A DNA stretch of 63,546 bases, counting the filler. It is 6 parts of 6 records of this genome, joined end to end, with 100 filler letters (N's around TTAATTAATTAA, not from the genome) between each part and the next. Parts side by side here need not be neighbours in the genome. Positions count along the whole stretch, not along the records: positions 1 to 5,747 come from DRR723986_45444; positions 5,848 to 12,278 come from DRR723986_45804; 4 more parts are not named here. One strand, 5' to 3'. Both the position numbers and the translations under genes were made by a program. The notes below the pieces were generated by a model. The model saw only the letters and a list, made by a program, of their open reading frames with translations, made no database searches and was not told the origin of the DNA. Each line of letters opens with the position of its first letter. The first letter of the stretch is position 1. Positions 1 through 8,133 of the stretch are shown here, piece by piece.

Positions 1-342
1 GATGATGTTCACATCTGTGGTCAGGGGCGTCGATCCTGCGCCAGTGCTGGGTGGTTGAAAGCTGAATGTGACTGCCCGTTGGCCGGGTTTTGCGGCGCTC
101 TGGGCCGGGCCTTGCCAGACGTAAATCCGATCCGTCCCTCGTTTCGACAATTTCAGCAAGGCATAGTCCCCGGCACCGCACCAATAGATCGCGTTTTCTG
201 AAAAGTCGGCAACCACTTCGATCAGCCCATTCGATAGGGGATAGGCTTTGGATCGCGATTCATTGCCCGCTGTTGCGGTTTGCGCGCTGATCAACAGGCT
301 GGCCGCAATGGCCGTTGGGATGGCGTGTCGTGACATTTTCAT
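1..342 (-). CDS. Secreted hypothetical protein (Rhodobacteraceae YWCxAGDYA-type), running off the window edge
   Basis: Manual translation, not in the ORF track: MKMSRHAIPTAIAASLLISAQTATAGNESRSKAYPLSNGLIEVVADFSENAIYWCGAGDYALLKLSKRGTDRIYVWQGPAQS... It has a signal-peptide-like N-terminus and no stop before base 1. Start is 342 or 336. Confidence 0.7.
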   Translation of the reverse strand, partial: MKMSRHAIPTAIAASLLISAQTATAGNESRSKAYPLSNGLIEVVADFSENAIYWCGAGDYALLKLSKRGTDRIYVWQGPAQSAAKPGQRAVTFSFQPPSTGAGSTPLTTDVNII

Positions 343-453
343 CTTTGAACCCCTGTTTTGATATCTCTCTCTTTACGGTTCAGGTCGGGGTTCAGATCAC
401 TTTTGGGGGGCCATTAACCAGATTCGTGGGTTGGCCGCGCTGAGACCTGCTAA

Positions 454-577
454 ATCGTACGAAATCACGCCCAATGTCCCCAAACGCGCTTGGTTTGTCG
501 GTTTGCATCGGTGCCGGGCAGGGGGCGGATCGTACGAAAAGACGTGGACTCTCCCCAAAACGGCTCCAGTTTGTCGG
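454..577. repeat. Degenerate direct repeat, 2 copies of ~48 bp (454-501, 529-577), period 75 bp
   Basis: The blocks ATCGTACGAAA, ACG, TCCCCAAA, GCT and GTTTGTCGG occur in the same order and near-identical spacing in both copies. Confidence 0.75.
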
Positions 578-704
578 GCAAGAGGGGCTGATTTGCCCCT
601 GAAATCCATGGTTAACAGATCGCACGCACCACCTTGCTCCAAAGGTCTGCGCCCGCTAGATTGCCTGCGCCCTGCTTTGCCACCAAGAATGAAAAGGCCG
701 CTGT

Positions 705-1970
705 ATGAGGATCTGGACCCTGCTTGCGACGCTCGTGCTTTTGCTTGGGTTTGCTCTCATCTATTTCCAGCTGCACCCGCCGAAAAAGCTGACGATTGCG
801 GCTGGCCCACACAATGGCGCTTATGGGCAAGTTGCTGATAGGTATCGTAAAATTCTTGCACGGGATGGGATCGAGCTGAAGGTGATCGAAACCGCTGGCT
901 CCGTAGAAAATGCGCAATTGATCAGCGCCGGGCAGGTGGATGTCGCGTTGTTGCAAGGCGGGATCACCCCTGCCGACCCCACCATCGAAGCGATTGGATC
1001 GATCTTTTTCGAACCAATGATCTTTCTGGCCCGCTCTGAGTTGAAAGTTTCAACCAATCCAGCCCTCTGGCGGGGACTGCGCATCAGCTCTGGCCAACCC
1101 GGTTCCGGCACCGCCGCGGCCTTTGCTGATTTCCAAGTGGCTGTGGGTTTAGAGATTGAAAACAATAGACAAATTTCACTGAGCTATAGCGACGCCGTGG
1201 CCGCTTTGGTCGCGGATAAGATCGATGTCGCGGTCTTTGTCGCCCCCATCGACGCCCCCTATCTCAAGACCGCCTATAACCTGCCCGACATCCAATTCCT
1301 GTCGCTCGCTTACAGCGACGCCATCTCGCGCCGACTGGAATACGCCAACACCGTCACCGTCCCCACCGGCGCGATTTCCCTGAACCCGGTCATCCCCGCG
1401 ATCCCCCATGCGTTGCTGGCGCTAGAGGCGCGTCTGGCGATCAATCCAGATCTGCACCCGGCGTTGGTCAACCGCATTACCATGGCCGCAAAAGAGCTGC
1501 ACGGCGCCCGTGATCTGATCACTGACCCTGAAACCTTTCCTGCGGTCGAAGGTGTTGAAATGCCGGTGAATAATGCCGCACGACTGTTGATCCAAGAGGG
1601 CCCTTCCGCATGGCACGATTGGTTGCCTTATTGGATGGCAGCACAGGTTAACCGGTTGCTTTTGCTGCTTCTTCCGGTGCTGTTCATATTGCTGCCGTTG
1701 TTCCGGGCTTTGCCAGCGCTCTATGCCTATTTCATGGGCTGGAAGGTCTGGCACTACTACCCGGAAATCCGCGAAATCGAAGAACAACTGGATGAAACCC
1801 CCGATGCGCAAACCTTGGTTGAGATGGACGCCAAGCTCAACGATCTGGACGACCGTCTAAGCCGCTTGCGTGTTCCCGGCGCCTATCGTCAAGCGGCCTA
1901 TCATGCGCGGATTCACATCGATTTAGTGCGCAAGCGGATCGAGGTTTTACAGCAAGCTCAACCCGCTTAA
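705..1970 (+). CDS. TAXI-family (TRAP-associated) solute-binding-like protein with N-terminal anchor, C-terminal TM helix and helical tail
   Basis: Motifs TIAAGPHNGAY, ETAGSVEN and GQPGSGT are typical of TAXI proteins. Hydrophobic segments lie at the N-terminus and at ~aa 317-345. Confidence 0.8.
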   Translation: MRIWTLLATLVLLLGFALIYFQLHPPKKLTIAAGPHNGAYGQVADRYRKILARDGIELKVIETAGSVENAQLISAGQVDVALLQGGITPADPTIEAIGSIFFEPMIFLARSELKVSTNPALWRGLRISSGQPGSGTAAAFADFQVAVGLEIENNRQISLSYSDAVAALVADKIDVAVFVAPIDAPYLKTAYNLPDIQFLSLAYSDAISRRLEYANTVTVPTGAISLNPVIPAIPHALLALEARLAINPDLHPALVNRITMAAKELHGARDLITDPETFPAVEGVEMPVNNAARLLIQEGPSAWHDWLPYWMAAQVNRLLLLLLPVLFILLPLFRALPALYAYFMGWKVWHYYPEIREIEEQLDETPDAQTLVEMDAKLNDLDDRLSRLRVPGAYRQAAYHARIHIDLVRKRIEVLQQAQPA

Positions 1971-1976
1971 CCTGCC

Positions 1977-2417
1977 TCACTCGGCGATGGCTTCTTTCAC
2001 GATCGTGTCCAGCAGGGCCTGTACGTCCTGCATTGGACCCTCGGGAAATTGACGGTACCCAATGTGGGTTTGATCAGGCGCGCCGGGCAGTTCAGCAACG
2101 AAAATATCGTACGGACAAAACACGATATTCATCGGATCCGCTTCCATCACTTTACGAGACAAGGTCGCCGAGCAGAATGAAAAAACCTTGGCGTGGGTGA
2201 ACAAGACCACATCGGATCCCACATCGGCACGCGTGCGTTCAAGCATATCGCCTACATGGCTGATGTCATCCACACGCAGGCCAGCGTCCACAATGGCGCT
2301 CTCTAGCCCAAACACAACATCATCAAAGCTTTGATCCGTGGTATAACGCACCATATCCTGCGCCGCCACGGCGCTTGCGGCCCCTAAGAGCGCGCCCGCT
2401 AATAGAAAGTGTTTCAT
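1977..2417 (-). CDS. DUF302 domain periplasmic protein
   Basis: Signal peptide MKHFLLAGALLG...AAQD; motifs FSFCSA and NIVFCPY. The likely start is 2417, with a GGGAGAAG RBS upstream. Confidence 0.8.
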   Translation of the reverse strand: MKHFLLAGALLGAASAVAAQDMVRYTTDQSFDDVVFGLESAIVDAGLRVDDISHVGDMLERTRADVGSDVVLFTHAKVFSFCSATLSRKVMEADPMNIVFCPYDIFVAELPGAPDQTHIGYRQFPEGPMQDVQALLDTIVKEAIAE

Positions 2418-2531
2418 TTTACTTCTCCCTTTGTGATCGGGCGTGGCTTGCATGGCCCGGAAATCCTGATCAATCTTACTTAAACCAGCCAGGCGCGCTT
2501 TGCGCCACGTCAAACGTATCGGAGTATTCGC

Positions 2532-4025
2532 ATGGGTTTTGCTATGAATGCAATTGAAGTCATGGCCTTTGTTTTTGTGGGGGTTTTAGGCCTTGCTGCC
2601 TTGGGGGCGATTGTTCTCTTTTTTGTGGATCGGTTTCAGACAGAAGATGCAATTCGACGCAATTACCCTGTCATTGGGCGGTTTCGTAAGCTGTTCACAG
2701 AGCTGGGGGAGTTTTTCCGTCAATACTTCTTTGCGATGGACCGCGAAGAACTGCCGTTCAATCGGGCGCAGCGCGAATGGGTTGGACGTGCAGCCGAAGG
2801 CGAAGGCAACACCGTTGCCTTTGGGTCCACCCGTAACATGCAGGTACCGGGCACGCCGATTTTCGTGAATGCGCCGTTCCCTCCTTTGGATGATCAGGCG
2901 GCCAAGACAGAGCCACTCAAAATCGGACCAACCGCGCGTATCCCCTATCTGGCTCCATCGTTCTTTAACATCTCCGGTATGAGCTATGGTGCGATCTCAA
3001 AACCAGCGGTGCAATCGCTCAGCCGTGGGGCGAAAGAGGCGGGGATCTGGCTAAATACCGGTGAGGGCGGCCTGAGCCCGTTTCACCTAGAAGGGGGCTG
3101 TGACATCGTTTTTCAGATCGGGACGGCCAAATATGGCGTGCGCGATCACGATGGCAACCTGAGCGATGACAAGCTGCGCGAGGTTGCGGCCCATGATGCG
3201 GTGCGGATGTTTGAAATCAAGATGGCGCAAGGGGCCAAACCGGGTAAGGGGGGGATTCTGCCGGCTGAAAAGATCACGGATGAGATCGCCGCGATCCGGG
3301 GCATCAAGCAGGGACACGACAGTCAATCTCCAAACCGTCACCCCGAGGTGCGCAATATCGAAGACTTACTAAACATGGTTTCCCATGTGCGTCAGGTCAC
3401 CGGCAAACCGGTGGGGATCAAAACCGTTGTTGGGTCTGAACAGGTGTTCCGCGATCTGTTCGACGCCATCGTTGCGCGGGGCGATGACTGCGCGCCCGAC
3501 TTCATAACACTGGACGGGGGAGAAGGGGGAACCGGTGCCGCGCCAATGCCCTTGATCGATCTTGTGGGGATGTCAGTGCGTGAGGCGTTGCCAATTATTG
3601 CCAATCTGCGGGATGAACATGGCCTGAAAGAGCGCGTACGCTTGATTTCAAGCGGTAAGCTGATCAACCCCAGCGACGTTGCCTGGGCCCTTGCGGCTGG
3701 GGCTGATTTTGTCACCTCGGCGCGCGGATTTATGTTTTCGCTTGGATGTATTCAGGCGCTCAAGTGTAACAAAAACACCTGCCCCACAGGGATCACAACG
3801 CATGATCCCAGGTTTCAGAAAGGGTTGGTTGTCTCACATAAATACGCCCGCGTCGCGCGTTATGCCAAAGAGATCATCCACGAGGTCGAGATGATTGCGC
3901 ATTCAGTAGGGGTGACAGAACCGCGTCAGATGCGCCGCCGCCATGTGCGTATCATGCAGTCCAATGGCCGTTCAGTTCCTATGAACGAAATTTTGCCAAG
4001 TTACAGTCTCGTCTCTGAATCGTGA
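2532..4025 (+). CDS. FMN-binding glutamate synthase family protein
   Basis: Motifs SGMSYGAIS, NTGEGG, EIKMAQGAKPGKGG, DGGEGGTGAAP and the [3Fe-4S] motif CIQALKCNKNTCP. It has an N-terminal TM segment and a GGAG RBS at 2521. Confidence 0.9.
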   Translation: MGFAMNAIEVMAFVFVGVLGLAALGAIVLFFVDRFQTEDAIRRNYPVIGRFRKLFTELGEFFRQYFFAMDREELPFNRAQREWVGRAAEGEGNTVAFGSTRNMQVPGTPIFVNAPFPPLDDQAAKTEPLKIGPTARIPYLAPSFFNISGMSYGAISKPAVQSLSRGAKEAGIWLNTGEGGLSPFHLEGGCDIVFQIGTAKYGVRDHDGNLSDDKLREVAAHDAVRMFEIKMAQGAKPGKGGILPAEKITDEIAAIRGIKQGHDSQSPNRHPEVRNIEDLLNMVSHVRQVTGKPVGIKTVVGSEQVFRDLFDAIVARGDDCAPDFITLDGGEGGTGAAPMPLIDLVGMSVREALPIIANLRDEHGLKERVRLISSGKLINPSDVAWALAAGADFVTSARGFMFSLGCIQALKCNKNTCPTGITTHDPRFQKGLVVSHKYARVARYAKEIIHEVEMIAHSVGVTEPRQMRRRHVRIMQSNGRSVPMNEILPSYSLVSES

Positions 4026-4095
4026 GACAAGTTGGTTTGGCACTGCGCGTTGGTGGCGTTACCTCAGTATGCAAAGAGAACAACCGGAGACCGAG

Positions 4096-4998
4096 ATGGC
4101 CTATCGCTGGAAAAATGATCTGACCCATGCTGACGTGACCCCAAACGCGGCGTTCATGAACCGACGCCAGTTGATGGCCGGTATTGCGGGCTTGGGTTTG
4201 GCTACAATGGCCAGGCCCGCTGCCGCCAAAGGGGATCTGGAGCCTAACAGTTGGGAAGAGATCACCAGCTACAACAACTATTATGAGTTCGGCACCGGCA
4301 AAGAAGACCCCGCACAAAACGCGCATGTGCTTAAAACCAAGCCATGGAGCGTCAAGATTGACGGGATGGTTGATAACCCGGGCGACTATGCCTTTGAGGA
4401 TATCATGTCCAAAATGACCGTCGAAGAGCGCATCTATCGGTTCCGCTGCGTCGAGGCATGGTCGATGGTCGTACCGTGGAACGGATTCGAGCTGGCGGAC
4501 ATATTGAACATGGCGGGTGTGCAATCCGGGGCAAAGTATGTGGCCTTTGAAACGCTCTATCGTCCGGCCGAAATGCCCGGCACCGCGTACAAGGTTTTGG
4601 AGTGGCCTTATAGAGAGGGGTTGCGGCTGGACGAGGCGATGCACCCGCTCACATTGATGGCGACTGGGATCTACGGCAAACCTATCCCGAACCAGAACGG
4701 GGCACCCCTGCGTTTGGTTGTGCCGTGGAAGTATGGATTCAAGTCGATCAAATCGATTGTCCGGATTACACTGACAGATAAAGAACCACCCACCAGCTGG
4801 AACGTGGCCAATCGACGGGAGTATGGGTTTTACAGCAATGTGAACCCCAATGTTTCACACCCCCGCTGGTCGCAGGCCAATGAGCGCCGCTTGGGGGGCG
4901 GTTTGTTTGCAAGCCGTAAGCCCACATTGATGTTCAATGGCTATGAAAAAGAAGTTGCCGGCTTGTACGAGGGTATGGACCTGTCCAAGTTCTTCTAA
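4096..4998 (+). CDS. msrP: Protein-methionine-sulfoxide reductase catalytic subunit MsrP
   Basis: Tat motif NRRQLM; YNNYYEFG, RFRCVEAWSMVVPW, QNGAPLRLVVPWKYGFKSIK. RBS GGAGA precedes ATG 4096. Confidence 0.95.
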   Translation: MAYRWKNDLTHADVTPNAAFMNRRQLMAGIAGLGLATMARPAAAKGDLEPNSWEEITSYNNYYEFGTGKEDPAQNAHVLKTKPWSVKIDGMVDNPGDYAFEDIMSKMTVEERIYRFRCVEAWSMVVPWNGFELADILNMAGVQSGAKYVAFETLYRPAEMPGTAYKVLEWPYREGLRLDEAMHPLTLMATGIYGKPIPNQNGAPLRLVVPWKYGFKSIKSIVRITLTDKEPPTSWNVANRREYGFYSNVNPNVSHPRWSQANERRLGGGLFASRKPTLMFNGYEKEVAGLYEGMDLSKFF

Positions 4999-5053
4999 AC
5001 TTGGCCGTATCGGACTATGAACCGCGCCCTAATGGACCAAGGATACAGACAAG

Positions 5054-5656
5054 ATGATCGACCAGCTCAATAAGGTGTTACGTCGTTGCCCTGTTTGGGT
5101 TCTGTATCTGGTGGGCGCGGCTTACCCCGCTTGGCTGCTCTATCTCGGAGTCACAGGGGGGCTGGGCGTCGATCCCGTCAAAGCGTTGGAGCATGAAATG
5201 GGTGAGCGCGCGCTGCAGCTCCTCGTTCTGGGATTGGCGGTCACGCCGCTGCGCCAACGCATCGGTGTGAATCTGATGAAGTTTCGTCGTGCGATCGGCG
5301 TGATTACGTTTTTCTATGTACTTTTGCATCTGCTGGTTTGGTTGGTTCTGGATGTGCAAATTCTTGGGCAGATCTGGGCAGACATCATAAAACGTCCGTA
5401 TATCACGATCGGAATGGCCGGGTGCCTTGTTCTGCTCCCCCTGGCGATCACGTCAAACAATTGGTCAGTCCGCAAGCTGGGGCGCCGGTGGCGCGTCCTC
5501 CATAAGGCGGTCTATGGCGCGGCCCTTTTGGGCGGACTGCATTTTGTCATGCTGGTCAAAGGATTTCAGATCGAGCCTTTGGTCTATCTGGCTGTGATCG
5601 CGCTGTTACTTGCACTCCGTCTCCCTATCCGGCGTTCTTCCCCCCAACGCGCGTAA
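5054..5656 (+). CDS. msrQ: Protein-methionine-sulfoxide reductase heme-binding subunit MsrQ
   Basis: Multi-TM protein with LAVTPLR, RRAIG, LAITSN and WRVLHKAVY motifs, directly after msrP. Confidence 0.93.
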   Translation: MIDQLNKVLRRCPVWVLYLVGAAYPAWLLYLGVTGGLGVDPVKALEHEMGERALQLLVLGLAVTPLRQRIGVNLMKFRRAIGVITFFYVLLHLLVWLVLDVQILGQIWADIIKRPYITIGMAGCLVLLPLAITSNNWSVRKLGRRWRVLHKAVYGAALLGGLHFVMLVKGFQIEPLVYLAVIALLLALRLPIRRSSPQRA

Positions 5657-5747
5657 CGACAACTCCGATCTTCGCGTCTTCTGCTTCCATTTTAGGGGGC
5701 GGTCTCTGGCTCTGTTCTTCCCGATTCTGATTTGTTTTTGTTGTTCC

Positions 5748-5847
5748 NNNNNNNNNNNNNNNNNNNNNNNNNNNNNNNNNNNNNNNNNNNNTTAATTAAT
5801 TAANNNNNNNNNNNNNNNNNNNNNNNNNNNNNNNNNNNNNNNNNNNN
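5748..5847. other. Artificial contig linker (N44-TTAATTAATTAA-N44)
   Basis: N run with a six-frame stop cassette; gene content and composition differ on either side. Confidence 0.98.
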
Positions 5848-5850
5848 CGT

Positions 5851-5895
5851 TCCGGTGGTTTACACCACCGGCAATGATTGTTTCGCCCTCCGGGC
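5851..5895. repeat. REP-like palindromic element (planctomycete type)
   Basis: Perfect hairpin CCGGTGGT-TTAC-ACCACCGG (5852-5871) followed by CGCCCTCCGGGCT, at the contig end. Confidence 0.55.
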
Positions 5896-6072
5896 TGTGG
5901 TGGTCGCCGCCGTGGTTCGCGCTTGGCGGCTGATATGGAAACCGCAAGAGGTGATGCGATGTGAGCTGTGACGCGTCAGCGGCCGGGCAACTCAACGACA
6001 ACTCCCGCACGCGGTTGGGTTAGAATGGTTGGTTTGGATCAATCACCCTCAAACCAACCAAGCTGCACGCGG

Positions 6073-8133
6073 ATGAGAAGCTTTACGACGACAATCGTTG
6101 CGACGGTGGTTCTAGCTGCCCCGTGCATATCAGCACAATCGGCCCGCGCCACTGAAATCGCTACCGCGGACGACGCTGATACTGAGAAGACGGTGCGATT
6201 GATCCAGCAATACTGTGCAGACTGCCATGGCACCGACGCGCCTGAAGCAGACCTGCCTCTGGCTGCTCTGACACCGGCCACTCTGTCCGAAGACGCCGAA
6301 TTAGCGCGACGCCTGCTGCACGCCATCGATACCCGCGAAATGCCTCCGGCGGACGAATCACAGCCAACGCAACGAGAGCGTGAAACGATGACCGCCCAGC
6401 TTCGGTCGGCAATGCGTACCGCCGTAGCGAATAGTGATATTGCGCGAACGCCAGTCCGCCGCATGAACCGGTTTCAGTACAACAATGCAGTCGTTGATTT
6501 GTTCGATCTAAAGTGCATCGTTTTCACTTTGCCAGAGCGGACGATGCGTGTGCACCGGGGATACTTCGATCCGGCCAGCGGCAAGATGCCGGAGAAGGTA
6601 AGCGTCGGAAACCGACCGCTGGGCAAGTCACAAATGATTGAACCCAGATTGTCGGGCGTGGCAGCTTTTCCACAAGACCTCCGCGCCGAGCACGGTTACG
6701 ACACGCAGGCGGACCACCTCTCGTTGTCACCGCTGCTGATGGAAGAATTCCTGAAGCTCGGACAGTCGATTACCCAAAGCCCCGACTTTGATTCTCGGAG
6801 CGTGGGCATCTGGAAAGATTTCTTTGCAGCTCCCAACGGTGATGCAGACATTGAGGAACTTCTTGGCGGCCGCCTGAGGAAGTTGTTGACCAAAGCGTTC
6901 CGGGGTCCGGTGGACGAAGAGACACTGCATCGATACACCCGGTTTGCCAAAGCGAAGCTCGACTCGGGCGCAAGCTTCCCGGACACAATGAAGTCTGTCG
7001 CGGCAGCAACAATCGCCTCACCTCGATTCTTGTATTTGTTCGACAAAGTCACCAAGGAGAACCCGTCGGCCAAACACGTCGACGACTTTGAACTGGCATC
7101 GCGGCTGTCGTTCTTCCTCTGGGGAAGCATACCCGACGACAGACTCCTCTCATTGGCTGAGGCTGGGCAACTATCCGATCGCAAAGTGCTCGACCAGCAG
7201 ATCGACCGAATGCTAAAGGACAAGAGACTCAAGCGCTTCTGTGACAGCTTTCCCTCGCAATGGCTTCAGCTAGACCGCATCATCTCGTCTGTGCCCAATC
7301 GCGAGACCTTCCCGGAATTCTACTTCTTGAAGTATCGCGCCAGCATGCACATGATGCTTGAGCCACTGCTGCTGTTCGAAACGGTCCTGATCGAAAACCT
7401 ACCGATCACTCAGCTCGTCGACTCCGATTTTACCTATCGTTCAAGATTGTTAGACCGTGTGTATGGTGAATTGGGAGATCCAGAAGCAAAACCCTCTGGC
7501 GCTGGTGTGGCGGTACTCAATTATCGCCGAACACCGGTGACAGACCGACGCACCGGAGGAGTAATTACCAACGCGGCAGTGATGACGATGACGTCTGGGC
7601 CCGAACGGACGCAGCCGATTACACGAGGGGCCTGGATTGCGGGAGTGATCTTTAATGACCCGCCCGAACCACCGCCGGCCGACGTCCCACCCCTTTCTGA
7701 GAAACCTCAACCCGGAGAGGAAGATCTGACGCTACGCAAGCGCTTGGCGGCACATCGCGAGCGAGCGGATTGCCGAGGCTGCCATGAACAAATCGACCCC
7801 CTCGGCTTCGCCCTTGAAAATTACGATCCAATAGGACGCTGGCGGCCGCAATACGACGGCGGCCTTGATATCGACACTTCAGGAAAGCTCTTCGGTCAGC
7901 ACACTTTCCGTGACATCGCTCAGTTCAAAGATGCGATCTTGCTCGAAAAGGATCGATTCACCCGTGCACTTGCCGGCCACCTGCTCGCATTTGCACTTGG
8001 GCGAGAACTCGGTCCCGCTGACATGCTGGCCACAGAACAAATCGCCGAGTCCGTGAAGGCAGATGGATACAGAATGCAAACGCTGATTCGACACATTATT
8101 TTGAGCAAGCCATTTAGGACGAAGTCTTCATGA
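6073..8133 (+). CDS. Planctomycete cytochrome c / DUF1587-DUF1595-DUF1592-DUF1588-DUF1585 multidomain protein
   Basis: Signal peptide; CADCH and CRGCH motifs; RRMNRFQYNN, ELASRLSFFLWGSIPD, TQPITRGAW and IDPLGFALENYDPIGRWR. Start placed at Met36 of the ORF-track call. Confidence 0.88.
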   Translation: MRSFTTTIVATVVLAAPCISAQSARATEIATADDADTEKTVRLIQQYCADCHGTDAPEADLPLAALTPATLSEDAELARRLLHAIDTREMPPADESQPTQRERETMTAQLRSAMRTAVANSDIARTPVRRMNRFQYNNAVVDLFDLKCIVFTLPERTMRVHRGYFDPASGKMPEKVSVGNRPLGKSQMIEPRLSGVAAFPQDLRAEHGYDTQADHLSLSPLLMEEFLKLGQSITQSPDFDSRSVGIWKDFFAAPNGDADIEELLGGRLRKLLTKAFRGPVDEETLHRYTRFAKAKLDSGASFPDTMKSVAAATIASPRFLYLFDKVTKENPSAKHVDDFELASRLSFFLWGSIPDDRLLSLAEAGQLSDRKVLDQQIDRMLKDKRLKRFCDSFPSQWLQLDRIISSVPNRETFPEFYFLKYRASMHMMLEPLLLFETVLIENLPITQLVDSDFTYRSRLLDRVYGELGDPEAKPSGAGVAVLNYRRTPVTDRRTGGVITNAAVMTMTSGPERTQPITRGAWIAGVIFNDPPEPPPADVPPLSEKPQPGEEDLTLRKRLAAHRERADCRGCHEQIDPLGFALENYDPIGRWRPQYDGGLDIDTSGKLFGQHTFRDIAQFKDAILLEKDRFTRALAGHLLAFALGRELGPADMLATEQIAESVKADGYRMQTLIRHIILSKPFRTKSS

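Noticed and set aside
454..577. Interpretation of the two-copy repeat as a mini CRISPR array
   Set aside because: Only two degenerate copies with internal divergence and no cas genes; retained instead as a regulatory repeat.
90..838. Short ORF-track calls in the first 840 bp (90-290, 392-625, 397-642, 431-838)
   Set aside because: No protein-like features. The region is better explained by the minus-strand gene at 1-342, a regulatory intergenic region and the TAXI gene.
5657..5747. Possible approach to an rRNA operon downstream of msrQ
   Set aside because: Suggested only by recalled synteny in Rhodobacteraceae; no promoter or boxA is visible before the break.
5792..5803. TTAATTAATTAA palindrome repeated five times in the window
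   Set aside because: Artificial six-frame-stop linker embedded in N runs, not a biological repeat or CRISPR.
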